NCBI GenBank assembly: GCA_019421385.1 | Contig: JAHZFK010000022.1 | Coordinates: 1 to 32,000 of the forward strand | Length of the DNA stretch: 32,000 nt | Source of the DNA: Clostridiales bacterium | Lineage (GTDB): Bacteria > Bacillota > Clostridia > Oscillospirales > Butyricicoccaceae | Direction of reading: 5' to 3' | Part shown: positions 25,116-32,000 of the stretch, piece by piece | How the letters are laid out: every line of letters begins with the position of its first letter | Numbering within the stretch: the stretch's first letter is position 1 | Program-made: the position numbers and the translations under genes | Notes under the pieces: generated by a model | Databases searched by the model: none | What the model saw: the letters and a program-made list of their open reading frames with translations, nothing else | What the model was told of the DNA's origin: nothing

Positions 25116-26000
25116 TCAATTCGTCCGATCGGTCAGGCTGCGCGCCAATTCGACGAGAAATGCGCTCTCCGGCCTGCCGGAAACCGCCTGCACCGCCTCG
25201 TCAGTCAGGCTGGCGACCAGCCTGCGGCACTCCTCCATGCCAAGCAGCGCCGGGAAGGTGGATTTTTCGCTCTTTTCGTCCTTGCCGACCGTTTTGCCGA
25301 GCGTGGCGGTGTCACCCTCAATGTCCAGCATATCATCCCGGATCTGGAACGCAAGGCCAAGCTTGTCCCCATAGGTGCGCGCCATATCGAGCGTCTGCGC
25401 GTCGGTTTTGCCCGCCGCAACGCAGCCCAGCTCGCACGCTGCGCGCAGCAGACAGCCGGTCTTGAGGCTTTGCAACAAGCGCAGCTCATCGAGCGAAATT
25501 TTCCGGTGTTCCGCACCCATGTCGAGCACCTGACCGCCGATCATACCATTCATGCCCGCGGCTTGTCCTAAAATGCGGATGCAAGCCAGCACAGTCTCAG
25601 CGGACACGCCCTCAGCTGCCGCCGCCGTCTCAAACGCCGCGGTCAGCAAGCCGTCGCCCGCAAGCACAGCGGTCGCCTCATCAAACGCTTTGTGACAAGT
25701 CGGACGGCCACGGCGCAAATCGTCATTGTCCATACACGGCAGATCGTCGTGGATGAGCGAATAGGTGTGGATCATCTCAAGCGCGCACGCAAATGGCAGC
25801 GCCTTTTGCGTGTCACCGCCGCACAGGCGGCAGAACGCCAGCACGATCACCGGACGCAGGCGCTTGCCGCCCGCCATTGCCGAATATTTGACGGCTTCAA
25901 AGATGCGGTCGTACCCCTCGCCCATCTCGCGGGACAGATATTTCTCCAGCGCAGGCTCAATAACTGCAATATCCGCTTTCAGCTGCTCTGCAAACGTCAT
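25116..26000 (-). CDS. ispA: Farnesyl/geranyl diphosphate synthase (polyprenyl synthetase family)
   Basis: 294 aa. The first Asp-rich motif is LIHDDLPCMDNDDLRRG and the second is FQIRDDMLD. Its ATG overlaps the xseB stop (ATGA). Confidence 0.88.
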   Translation of the reverse strand: MTFAEQLKADIAVIEPALEKYLSREMGEGYDRIFEAVKYSAMAGGKRLRPVIVLAFCRLCGGDTQKALPFACALEMIHTYSLIHDDLPCMDNDDLRRGRPTCHKAFDEATAVLAGDGLLTAAFETAAAAEGVSAETVLACIRILGQAAGMNGMIGGQVLDMGAEHRKISLDELRLLQSLKTGCLLRAACELGCVAAGKTDAQTLDMARTYGDKLGLAFQIRDDMLDIEGDTATLGKTVGKDEKSEKSTFPALLGMEECRRLVASLTDEAVQAVSGRPESAFLVELARSLTDRTN

Positions 26001-26233
26001 TTCCCTGCCTCCTCCGCGTCAAACGGCTGCTCGGTCAGTTCGCCCTGCATGTTTTCCTGCAGGATCGTGACCTTTTGCTCGGCCTTGTCCAGCATCTTGC
26101 CCAGTGCCGCGGACAGCTTGGTGCCTTCCTCGAACAGCTTGATGCTGTCCCCGAGCGGCGCTTCGCCCTTTTCCAGCAGGCGGACGATCTCCTCGAGCCG
26201 CTCCATCTGGCTTTCAAATGTCTTTTCCGCCAT
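25997..26233 (-). CDS. xseB: Exodeoxyribonuclease VII small subunit
   Basis: 78 aa. FESQMERLEEIVRLLEKGEAPLGDSIKLFEEGTKL is typical of XseB. The RBS is GGAGGAA. Confidence 0.88.
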   Translation of the reverse strand: MAEKTFESQMERLEEIVRLLEKGEAPLGDSIKLFEEGTKLSAALGKMLDKAEQKVTILQENMQGELTEQPFDAEEAGK

Positions 26234-27509
26234 TGTTCTGTTCCTCCTCGATATCGGTCACGCGGCAATTCGCCGCGCCTTTGGCAAATCGGATATGCAG
26301 GGTATCTCCTGCCTTGAGCATCGCTGCATCGGTGATGACCGCGCCGCGCACACCTTTGTTCGCGACCGCGTAGCCGCGTGCAAGCACGCGCAGCGGGCTA
26401 ATTGCGTCGAGCGTGGCAACCGTCCTTGTAAAGCGCAGACGGCGGCGCTGTACGCCGTCCCGCCCGGCCGCCAGCAAACGGCGGCGCAGCAGGTTCAGCT
26501 TCTGCTCTTCCCGCGCGAGATACGCCGGGAATGCCGCCAGCAAACGGTCAGTCGTCCGGTCGAGCAGCACGCGCTTCTCTTCGATATACCGCGTGGGGCT
26601 GCGCGCTTCCAGCCGCTGCTGCAACGCCTCCAATGTGCGCTGCTTGTGCTGAATCTGCTTATGCGCCGCCGCATGAAGCCGCGTATCCAGCGTGCGCAGG
26701 CTCAGCGCATATTCCGCGCGGTCGGGGACGGCAAGCTCTGCCGCGCCTGACGGCGTGGGCGCACGCAGATCGGCAACAAAGTCCGCAATCGTCACATCCG
26801 GCTCATGGCCGACCGCCGAAATGACCGGAATCTCGGACGCAAAGATCGCCCGCGCGACCGCTTCCTCGTTAAATGCCCACAAGTCCTCCATCGACCCGCC
26901 GCCGCGTCCGCACAGGATGACATCTGCCTCGCCCATCGCGTTGGACAGACCGATCGCCCGCGCGATGCTTTCCGCCGCACCCTGTCCTTGCACCTGTGCA
27001 GGATAGAGCGTGACCTCAGCCAGCGGCCAGCGGCGACCCAGAATACGGATCATATCGCGTACCGCTGCGCCGGTCGGTGAGGTGACGAGCGCAATTTTGC
27101 GCGGCATACGCGGAATCGGCTTTTTATACATCGGGTCAAACAAACCCTCAGCCTGTAATTTGGCTTTGAGTTGCTCGAAAGCTAAATTGAGTGCGCCCGC
27201 GCCGTCCGGAATCACCTCGGAAATATAAAGCTGCACCTGTCCCGTGCGCGGAAACGAGCTGACGCGCGCCCGCACAATGACCTTCATGCCGTTTTCCAGT
27301 CGGAATTTCAGGCGCATCGCGTCCGAGCGGAACATCACCGCGTTGATGGACGCGCCCTCGTCCTTGAGGCTCATATAGTGATGCCCGGAGGAATGCGCCT
27401 TGTAGTTGGATATCTCGCCTTGCACCAGCAGATTGCGGTAACCCGGCACGGTGTCCAGCAATTCTTTGATTTCGTTATTCAGTTGTGTGACCGAATAAAT
27501 CGTACTCAC
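26214..27509 (-). CDS. xseA: Exodeoxyribonuclease VII large subunit
   Basis: 431 aa with a GTG start at 27509 (GTGA overlap with the upstream stop). It has an N-terminal OB fold (YSVTQLNNEIKELL...LVQGEISNYK.HSSGHHYMSLKD) and the catalytic core GRGGGSMEDLWAFNEE. Confidence 0.9.
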   Translation of the reverse strand: MSTIYSVTQLNNEIKELLDTVPGYRNLLVQGEISNYKAHSSGHHYMSLKDEGASINAVMFRSDAMRLKFRLENGMKVIVRARVSSFPRTGQVQLYISEVIPDGAGALNLAFEQLKAKLQAEGLFDPMYKKPIPRMPRKIALVTSPTGAAVRDMIRILGRRWPLAEVTLYPAQVQGQGAAESIARAIGLSNAMGEADVILCGRGGGSMEDLWAFNEEAVARAIFASEIPVISAVGHEPDVTIADFVADLRAPTPSGAAELAVPDRAEYALSLRTLDTRLHAAAHKQIQHKQRTLEALQQRLEARSPTRYIEEKRVLLDRTTDRLLAAFPAYLAREEQKLNLLRRRLLAAGRDGVQRRRLRFTRTVATLDAISPLRVLARGYAVANKGVRGAVITDAAMLKAGDTLHIRFAKGAANCRVTDIEEEQNNGGKDI

Positions 27510-28450
27510 GTTTTGTTCCTTTCATAAAGCCGCGCAGCAAGCACCGCCACGCCGACTGCATTATCGCCCGACAGCACCGGCTCAGCAAACGAGACCCGCT
27601 CCCCGAACGCCTGCTGCATACGCGCACGCAGCACGCGGCTTGCCATCACGCCGCCCGCGCACAAAACCGGGCAATCGTATTGTTTTAGCGCCTGCTCGGT
27701 TGCTTTGATGACCGCATTGGCGACCGTTTCGAGCGTGAACCGCGCCATCTGTGCAGGCTCTGCGGTCTTATGTTTGTTTTCCACCTGATTCTGCATACCG
27801 GATAGCGAAAACCGGCAGTCCGTCACCTTGGGACGATAGCCCTTTTCCGGTTCTGCTTCGACGGCCAGCGCGTCAAGCGCCGCACCCGACGGAAACGGCA
27901 GTCCGAGCAGCACGCCCGCGCGGTCGATCAACTGTCCCGCGGCGAGGTCGGTCGTGCCGCCGATACAGGTGCAGTCCGGCAGGCCATCTGTCCCCGGTAT
28001 TACATACAGCAGCTCGCTCGTTCCGCCCGACAGATGCCACGCGAGGAACGGCTCGTCCAGCAGGTGCAACCGTTCTGCGCTCAGCGCGGCCGCCGCGATA
28101 TGCCCCTGTTGATGCGACACAGCAAAAAGGGGCACAGATAGCAAATGCGCCGCGCTGCGCGCGACGCTCTGACCCGCCAGAAAGCAGGGCATATACGAAC
28201 CCTCGACCGCGCGCGGGCGAGTGCTGACGCCGATGGCGCGCACCTCCCCCTGCGGCAGGGCTTCGATTTTCTCATGCAGATGCACGGTATGCTGAAACAG
28301 CGCATCCGACTGGCGCAAGCCGATTGCGCCGTCCGGCACGGTCAGCAAGCTGCCCTCGTTTTGCCATGCGCCGCTTTCGGCGTCATATATCGCTGCCGAC
28401 GTGCGGTAATTCGAGGTGTCGATCCCCAGAAAACGCTCAGGCATCGGCAT
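27506..28450 (-). CDS. TsaD/Kae1-family (peptidase M22 'glycoprotease') paralogue of unknown role
   Basis: Start at ATG 28450 or 28444, overlapping the nusB 3' end; the ORF-track start at 28642 is an extension. It has an ASKHA-fold N-terminus (FLGIDTSNYRTSAAI), an H-x-x-G-H motif (SHQQGHI), LSGGTSEL and a C-terminal AGGVMASRVLR...GDNAVG. Confidence 0.7.
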   Translation of the reverse strand: MPMPERFLGIDTSNYRTSAAIYDAESGAWQNEGSLLTVPDGAIGLRQSDALFQHTVHLHEKIEALPQGEVRAIGVSTRPRAVEGSYMPCFLAGQSVARSAAHLLSVPLFAVSHQQGHIAAAALSAERLHLLDEPFLAWHLSGGTSELLYVIPGTDGLPDCTCIGGTTDLAAGQLIDRAGVLLGLPFPSGAALDALAVEAEPEKGYRPKVTDCRFSLSGMQNQVENKHKTAEPAQMARFTLETVANAVIKATEQALKQYDCPVLCAGGVMASRVLRARMQQAFGERVSFAEPVLSGDNAVGVAVLAARLYERNKT

Positions 28451-28943
28451 TCTCCGCCGGCGCTGCCGCAGCATCGGCTGCCGGGGCTGCATCTGGCTTG
28501 GTCGCGCGCGCGACCGAACCCAACACACCGTTGATGAAAGCGGCGGCTTCGTCTGTATCGTATACCTTAGCCAGCTCGACCGCTTCGTTGATCGCGGCAC
28601 CCACCGGCACATCTTCCACATAGCGCATCTCGTAAATGGCAAGACGCAGCACCGCTACCGTTATGCGCGACATGCGGCTGATCTTCCAGCCCTTGGAATA
28701 GGCCGTGATCGTCTCGTCCAGTTCGTTCTGATGCGCGGCCACGCCCTTGACCACCGCGCGGATGTACTCAGTCTGCACAGGCGACAGCTTGCCCGCATAC
28801 AGCGCAATATCGCCGCTGATCGAAGCCATAATGGACTCGTCCAGCCGCTCTTCCAAATTTTCGTCCTCAAACTGCTGGAACCCCATCTCAAAAATCAGGT
28901 GCAGCGCAATTTCTCTTGCTTTTGTTCTGCTCATCACACTCAC
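28437..28943 (-). CDS. nusB: Transcription antitermination factor NusB
   Basis: 168 aa. SRTKAREIALHLIFEM and AINEAVELAKVY..DEAAAFINGVLG are NusB hallmarks. The start is ambiguous (GTG 28943, GTG 28937 or ATG 28934) after GGGAGG. It has an Ala/Pro/Asp-rich C-terminal tail. Confidence 0.88.
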   Translation of the reverse strand: MSVMSRTKAREIALHLIFEMGFQQFEDENLEERLDESIMASISGDIALYAGKLSPVQTEYIRAVVKGVAAHQNELDETITAYSKGWKISRMSRITVAVLRLAIYEMRYVEDVPVGAAINEAVELAKVYDTDEAAAFINGVLGSVARATKPDAAPAADAAAAPAENADA

Positions 28944-28977
28944 GGCGGCAGTTTCCTCCCATTTTTCGGTTACGCTT

Positions 28978-29006
28978 ATTTTATCCTATTTTCGCCAAAG
29001 TTGCAA
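28978..29006 (-). promoter_or_regulatory. Candidate sigma-A promoter for nusB and downstream genes
   Basis: Minus strand reads TTGCAA-17 nt-TAAAAT. The -35 is at 29001-29006 and the -10 is the complement of 28978-28983. Confidence 0.5.
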
Positions 29007-29029
29007 GGTGCTATTCCCGAAAAGGCACA

Positions 29030-29071
29030 TCCAAACAAAAGAAAACGGCAGGGCGATCATGCCTTGCCGTT
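29030..29071 (-). terminator. Rho-independent terminator after asp23
   Basis: Minus strand reads ACGGCAAGGC-ATGATC-GCCCTGCCGT (9 of 10 bp) followed by TTTTCTTTTGTTT. Confidence 0.65.
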
Positions 29072-29083
29072 TCAATGCTGTTC

Positions 29084-29491
29084 TTATTCCTGCTCCGCAG
29101 GCTGTTCCTCAACCGCCGGTGTAGGCGCAAACGTCACGCCGCCGACATGCACATTGACCTCGGTGACCTTCAGGCCGGTCATGGATTCGACCGAAGACCG
29201 CACGCTCTCCTGCACCTGCTTTGCCACCTCGCAGATGTTGTGGCCGAACAGCGCAAGGAAGCCGATCTCGATCTTGACCGTTCCCTCTTCGCCAATTTCA
29301 ATGCGGACGCCCTTGGAAAGGTTCTTTTTGCTCAAAAAGCTCACGATATCGCTGGTCAGCGTGGAATACAAGCCACTCACGCCTGCGGTTTCCGAAGTAG
29401 CCAGCGCCGCAATGGATGCGACAACATCCTCGGAAATCCGGATGGAACCCTGATCGCTCTCGGTCGACCAATACTCCTTGTGATCCGCCAT
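29084..29491 (-). CDS. Asp23/Gls24-family envelope stress protein (B. subtilis YqhY position)
   Basis: The likely ATG is at 29491, since the GTG at 29500 is too close to the AAGGAG. IRISEDVVASIAALATSETAGVSGL and the overall ~135-aa size are typical of Asp23. Confidence 0.8.
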   Translation of the reverse strand: MADHKEYWSTESDQGSIRISEDVVASIAALATSETAGVSGLYSTLTSDIVSFLSKKNLSKGVRIEIGEEGTVKIEIGFLALFGHNICEVAKQVQESVRSSVESMTGLKVTEVNVHVGGVTFAPTPAVEEQPAEQE

Positions 29492-29514
29492 AGTGCTCAC
29501 TCTCCTTTAAACGG

Positions 29515-29542
29515 ATTATAGCACAGTTTTGGCAAAATGCAA
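29515..29542 (-). promoter_or_regulatory. Sigma-A promoter with extended -10 for asp23
   Basis: Minus strand reads TTGCAT-16 nt-(TGc)TATAAT. The -35 is the complement of 29537-29542 and the -10 the complement of 29515-29520. Confidence 0.55.
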
Positions 29543-29566
29543 AGCAAAAATACGCGCTGCGGCTGC

Positions 29567-30097
29567 TTACTCTGCTTCCACGATCTTGACCTGTCCTGCG
29601 GTCATGCCGGTTTCACTGACCACGATGTCCTTGATAACCGTCACATCGGTTGCCTGCAATCCGCCGTCCGGCGGCGCGACAACCACATTCACGCTGCTGT
29701 CCCCAATCATCACGACCGCATCCGCATAGCCTTTGGCGCGAATCAGGCTTTCGATATTTGCCTCGGCAACCGAATCATCCGCGAGCGCCGAGATCTGAGC
29801 CGCCGCCTCATCTTTGGCCGCCTGATCGGCGTCCTCGCTCTCACTCAGCTCGCGCAGCGTACTGACCGCCTCATCGCGCGCCTGCTCGCGGGTCAGACGC
29901 GAGGTGGCGAAATAATCCTCCCCCTCTGTTCCTGCCGTTTCTCCCGCATCCGACCCGGTCGTATCCGCATCGGTCTGCCCTGCCACCAGCAGCTCATCCG
30001 GCGCATCGACATAACTCCAGTTCAAATAAACCGCCGCGCAAAGCAGCAGCGCGATCACACCGTATACCGCGCCGCGTTTCTTGATTTTTTTCATCAC
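29567..30097 (-). CDS. spoIIIAH: Stage III sporulation protein AH
   Basis: 176 aa with an N-terminal TM segment (VYGVIALLLCAAVYL) and an acidic linker. The C-terminal part is YFATSRLTREQARDEA...ANIESLIRAKGYADAVVMIGDSSVNVVV. It is the last gene of the spoIIIA cluster. Confidence 0.8.
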   Translation of the reverse strand: MMKKIKKRGAVYGVIALLLCAAVYLNWSYVDAPDELLVAGQTDADTTGSDAGETAGTEGEDYFATSRLTREQARDEAVSTLRELSESEDADQAAKDEAAAQISALADDSVAEANIESLIRAKGYADAVVMIGDSSVNVVVAPPDGGLQATDVTVIKDIVVSETGMTAGQVKIVEAE

Positions 30098-30128
30098 TGC
30101 TCGCCCTCCTGTATTTGGTTACTATGTT

Positions 30129-30674
30129 TTATGATGCATCGGACATTTTCAGAACCGTAACTTTGTCCGAACCGATGCCGCACACCGTGCTGACCGCCTG
30201 CGTCACCGCCAAACGCACCTGCGCGTTGTCCGCGCCGTCGCACAGAACGACCGCGCCGCGAAACGTCGGCAGCAGATTTTTGACCGTCACAGGCTTTTCC
30301 CCGTAGCTGCCGTCGCTGAGAATGGTCAAATCACTTTCGTAGCTTTGACTGCTGTCCACCCCGGTGGTCTGACGGGTGTTGACCGCGTAAACCGCTTCGC
30401 CGCTCTCCTCGAGCGACAGCATCAGTTCAACCCGCCCCACGCCATCCACCGCAGCCAGCTTGTCGCACAGCGCTTGCTCAAACGCGGCAAGGTCGAATGC
30501 AGATGGCTCGGCAGACGTATCCGATGCCACAGCCTCCTCCTTTGCACCGCGCCCGCCCGAAGCCAGCAGCAGCACCCCTGCCAGCAGCACAATCAGCACC
30601 GCGCGGTATTTGACCGCGAGCGGTACGATCTTTTGCTGCGCAGCACACAGCCACACCTTCCATTGTTCTTTCAT
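30129..30674 (-). CDS. spoIIIAG: Stage III sporulation protein AG
   Basis: ATG at 30674 (ATGA overlap with spoIIIAF). It has one TM segment and the C-terminal ring-building motif GEKPVTVKNLLPTFRGAVVLCDGADNAQVRLAVTQAVSTV.GI...KV.VLKM. Confidence 0.8.
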   Translation of the reverse strand: MKEQWKVWLCAAQQKIVPLAVKYRAVLIVLLAGVLLLASGGRGAKEEAVASDTSAEPSAFDLAAFEQALCDKLAAVDGVGRVELMLSLEESGEAVYAVNTRQTTGVDSSQSYESDLTILSDGSYGEKPVTVKNLLPTFRGAVVLCDGADNAQVRLAVTQAVSTVCGIGSDKVTVLKMSDAS

Positions 30675-31153
30675 TGCGCCACCCACTCCTGTCTGTCCGC
30701 ATCCACACCGCACCCCTCGGTCACCAGCGTTTTCAGTTCATCCAGCCGCGCCGCATCCGTGCTTTGATAATACACCGTTACCTTTCCCACCTGCAAAATC
30801 CCGTTTTCGTCGTTCTCCATTGTCACATGTACTGAACAGTCGAACCCCTTCGCCTGCGCACTGCTCTCGAGCGCGTCCGCAATACTGGCCGCGATCGTGC
30901 TCATGGTCGTCTGCGCGTTTTGCTCCTGTATCGCATCCACGTCAACGCCCGCAAGTGCGCCGTCACGGATGCCGTCCCAACCCGTCAGGCGCAGCCCCGC
31001 CAACGGCTGGAGCAGCGCCAGCAGCATGAGCAGCCCCGCCGCCAGCTTAACGATCTCGCGCAGCGCGCCACCCTCCACCACACGCAGCGCCACCGCGGAC
31101 GCCACGCCCGCCAGCGTGACACGCAGCAAAATGGTATGAAACAATTCACTCAT
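30671..31153 (-). CDS. spoIIIAF: Stage III sporulation protein AF
   Basis: ATG at 31153 (ATGA overlap with spoIIIAE). It has two N-terminal TM segments followed by a soluble domain. Its position between AE and AG supports the call. Confidence 0.75.
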   Translation of the reverse strand: MSELFHTILLRVTLAGVASAVALRVVEGGALREIVKLAAGLLMLLALLQPLAGLRLTGWDGIRDGALAGVDVDAIQEQNAQTTMSTIAASIADALESSAQAKGFDCSVHVTMENDENGILQVGKVTVYYQSTDAARLDELKTLVTEGCGVDADRQEWVAQ

Positions 31154-32000
31154 ATTGGCTTCACCATCGCAACCACATAAACCAGCTCCAAATACAGAAT
31201 CAGACAGCAGGTGCTCAGCATTCCGAGCAGCAGACCGAAGCCCGTGCTCACCCCTTCCAGCATCTGCCGCAGACTGTTCGAGCAAAGCGGCGAAAGCACC
31301 GCCGCGCCCGCTTTATAGCACAAGTAGCTTGCGCCCACGCGCAGGAATGGAATGAGGCAGATCGCCGTCACGCACAGCATACCGAATACGCCGATCGAGC
31401 TGCGCAGCAGTGCCGCGCCGGAAAGCACGGTTTCGGTCGCGTCCGAAATCACGCCGCCGACCACAGGCACCGCACCTGAAACCGCGAATTTCGCTGTTTT
31501 GAGCGCCATGCGGTCCACGCTACCCGATACCCCGCCCGCAATGGTCAGATATGCCGTGAACACAGTCAGGATCAGCTTGAGCGCCCCCGAAGTCAATCCC
31601 TTGATGCCGTCCGCGATGCCGTGCAGCATACCGTTGCCGGTCGCCGCATCCACCGCAACCACCGCGAGATAGGCGCAAGCCGCAGGCACCAGCAGCACAT
31701 TGATGAGCCGAATCACCAGATCGAACACCACCATCGTCGCCACCTGCAAAGCAGTCGCCGTTGCGGCGTTGCCGCCTGCTGCCAGAACGGTTGCCAATAC
31801 CGGCTGCAGCGTGCCGGAAAACAGGCTGATCTCGGAAAGCGTTTCGCGGCACAGCGCGAGCACGCCGGTGAAATCCTGCAGCAGCACCGCCGCACACCCC
31901 AACGTCCCCGCCATATCGATCCACGCATCCGCCGCACCGCCCGCCGCCGCGGAAAAGCCCCGCCCCGCTGCGGTCAGCACCACCACGATTGCCACCCGTA
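31150..32000 (-). CDS. spoIIIAE: Stage III sporulation protein AE (5' end outside the window)
   Basis: The reading frame is open to the window edge. It is polytopic, with FAVSGAVPVVGGVISDATETVLSGAALLRSSIGVFGM typical of SpoIIIAE. Confidence 0.8.
   Translation of the reverse strand, partial: RVAIVVVLTAAGRGFSAAAGGAADAWIDMAGTLGCAAVLLQDFTGVLALCRETLSEISLFSGTLQPVLATVLAAGGNAATATALQVATMVVFDLVIRLINVLLVPAACAYLAVVAVDAATGNGMLHGIADGIKGLTSGALKLILTVFTAYLTIAGGVSGSVDRMALKTAKFAVSGAVPVVGGVISDATETVLSGAALLRSSIGVFGMLCVTAICLIPFLRVGASYLCYKAGAAVLSPLCSNSLRQMLEGVSTGFGLLLGMLSTCCLILYLELVYVVAMVKPI

Noticed and set aside
25692-26750. 352-aa plus-strand ORF opposite ispA, xseB and xseA
   Set aside because: It crosses three real genes on the other strand and has no RBS or domain.
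28416-29453. 345-aa plus-strand ORF opposite nusB and asp23
   Set aside because: It is an antisense shadow that runs through a terminator and a promoter region.
1-32000. CRISPR arrays, IS or transposon ends, integrases, prophage or defence-island genes, tRNA and rRNA genes
   Set aside because: I found no direct-repeat/spacer arrays, no terminal inverted repeats flanking a transposase-like ORF, and no cloverleaf-like or rRNA-like segments. The only tandem repeat is the in-frame 3 x 33 bp inside the lipoprotein gene.

Overview
GC-rich, almost fully coding chromosomal segment from a spore-forming Firmicute. The Clostridia-like assignment is an inference from the spoIIIA genes, an SLH surface protein, GlnRS and the gene order. 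I see no rRNA, tRNA, CRISPR array, IS element or phage genes. The left 10 kb holds mixed-orientation housekeeping and accessory genes: a GH13 glycosidase, an SLH-anchored surface protein, ylmH-like, birA, a hypothetical, a flavodoxin/2x[4Fe-4S] fusion, RNase J, a secreted 3D-domain protein and niaR. From about 10.7 kb to the window end everything is on the minus strand. In transcription order (high to low coordinates) this is spoIIIAE(partial)-AF-AG-AH, asp23, nusB, a TsaD/Kae1 paralogue, xseA, xseB, ispA, a ~0.64 kb ORF-free structured region, a 4-TM protein, dxs, tlyA, nadK, argR, recN and tyrS. These are followed by an apbE / NusG-domain-II / Gx-transporter / repeat-lipoprotein operon and a gltX-glnS operon. 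The standout is the 722-nt non-coding gap between ispA and the 4-TM protein/dxs (24394-25115). It has coding-level GC, many hairpins that read correctly only on the minus strand, and its own near-consensus extended -10 promoter. It also sits in the exact genomic context reported for OLE (ornate, large, extremophilic) RNA and its membrane partner OapA. I call it an OLE-like large ncRNA and give the test that would settle it. Secondary items are the extracytoplasmic flavinylation-type operon ending in an acidic 3x11-aa-repeat lipoprotein, a ~690-bp AT-rich gap between rnj and the 3D-domain gene, a TsaD-like paralogue where B. subtilis has folD, and three aminoacyl-tRNA synthetase genes with leaders too short for T-boxes. 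Many ORF-track entries are antisense shadow ORFs typical of GC-rich DNA. Several real genes start downstream of the longest ORF, or at TTG/GTG.
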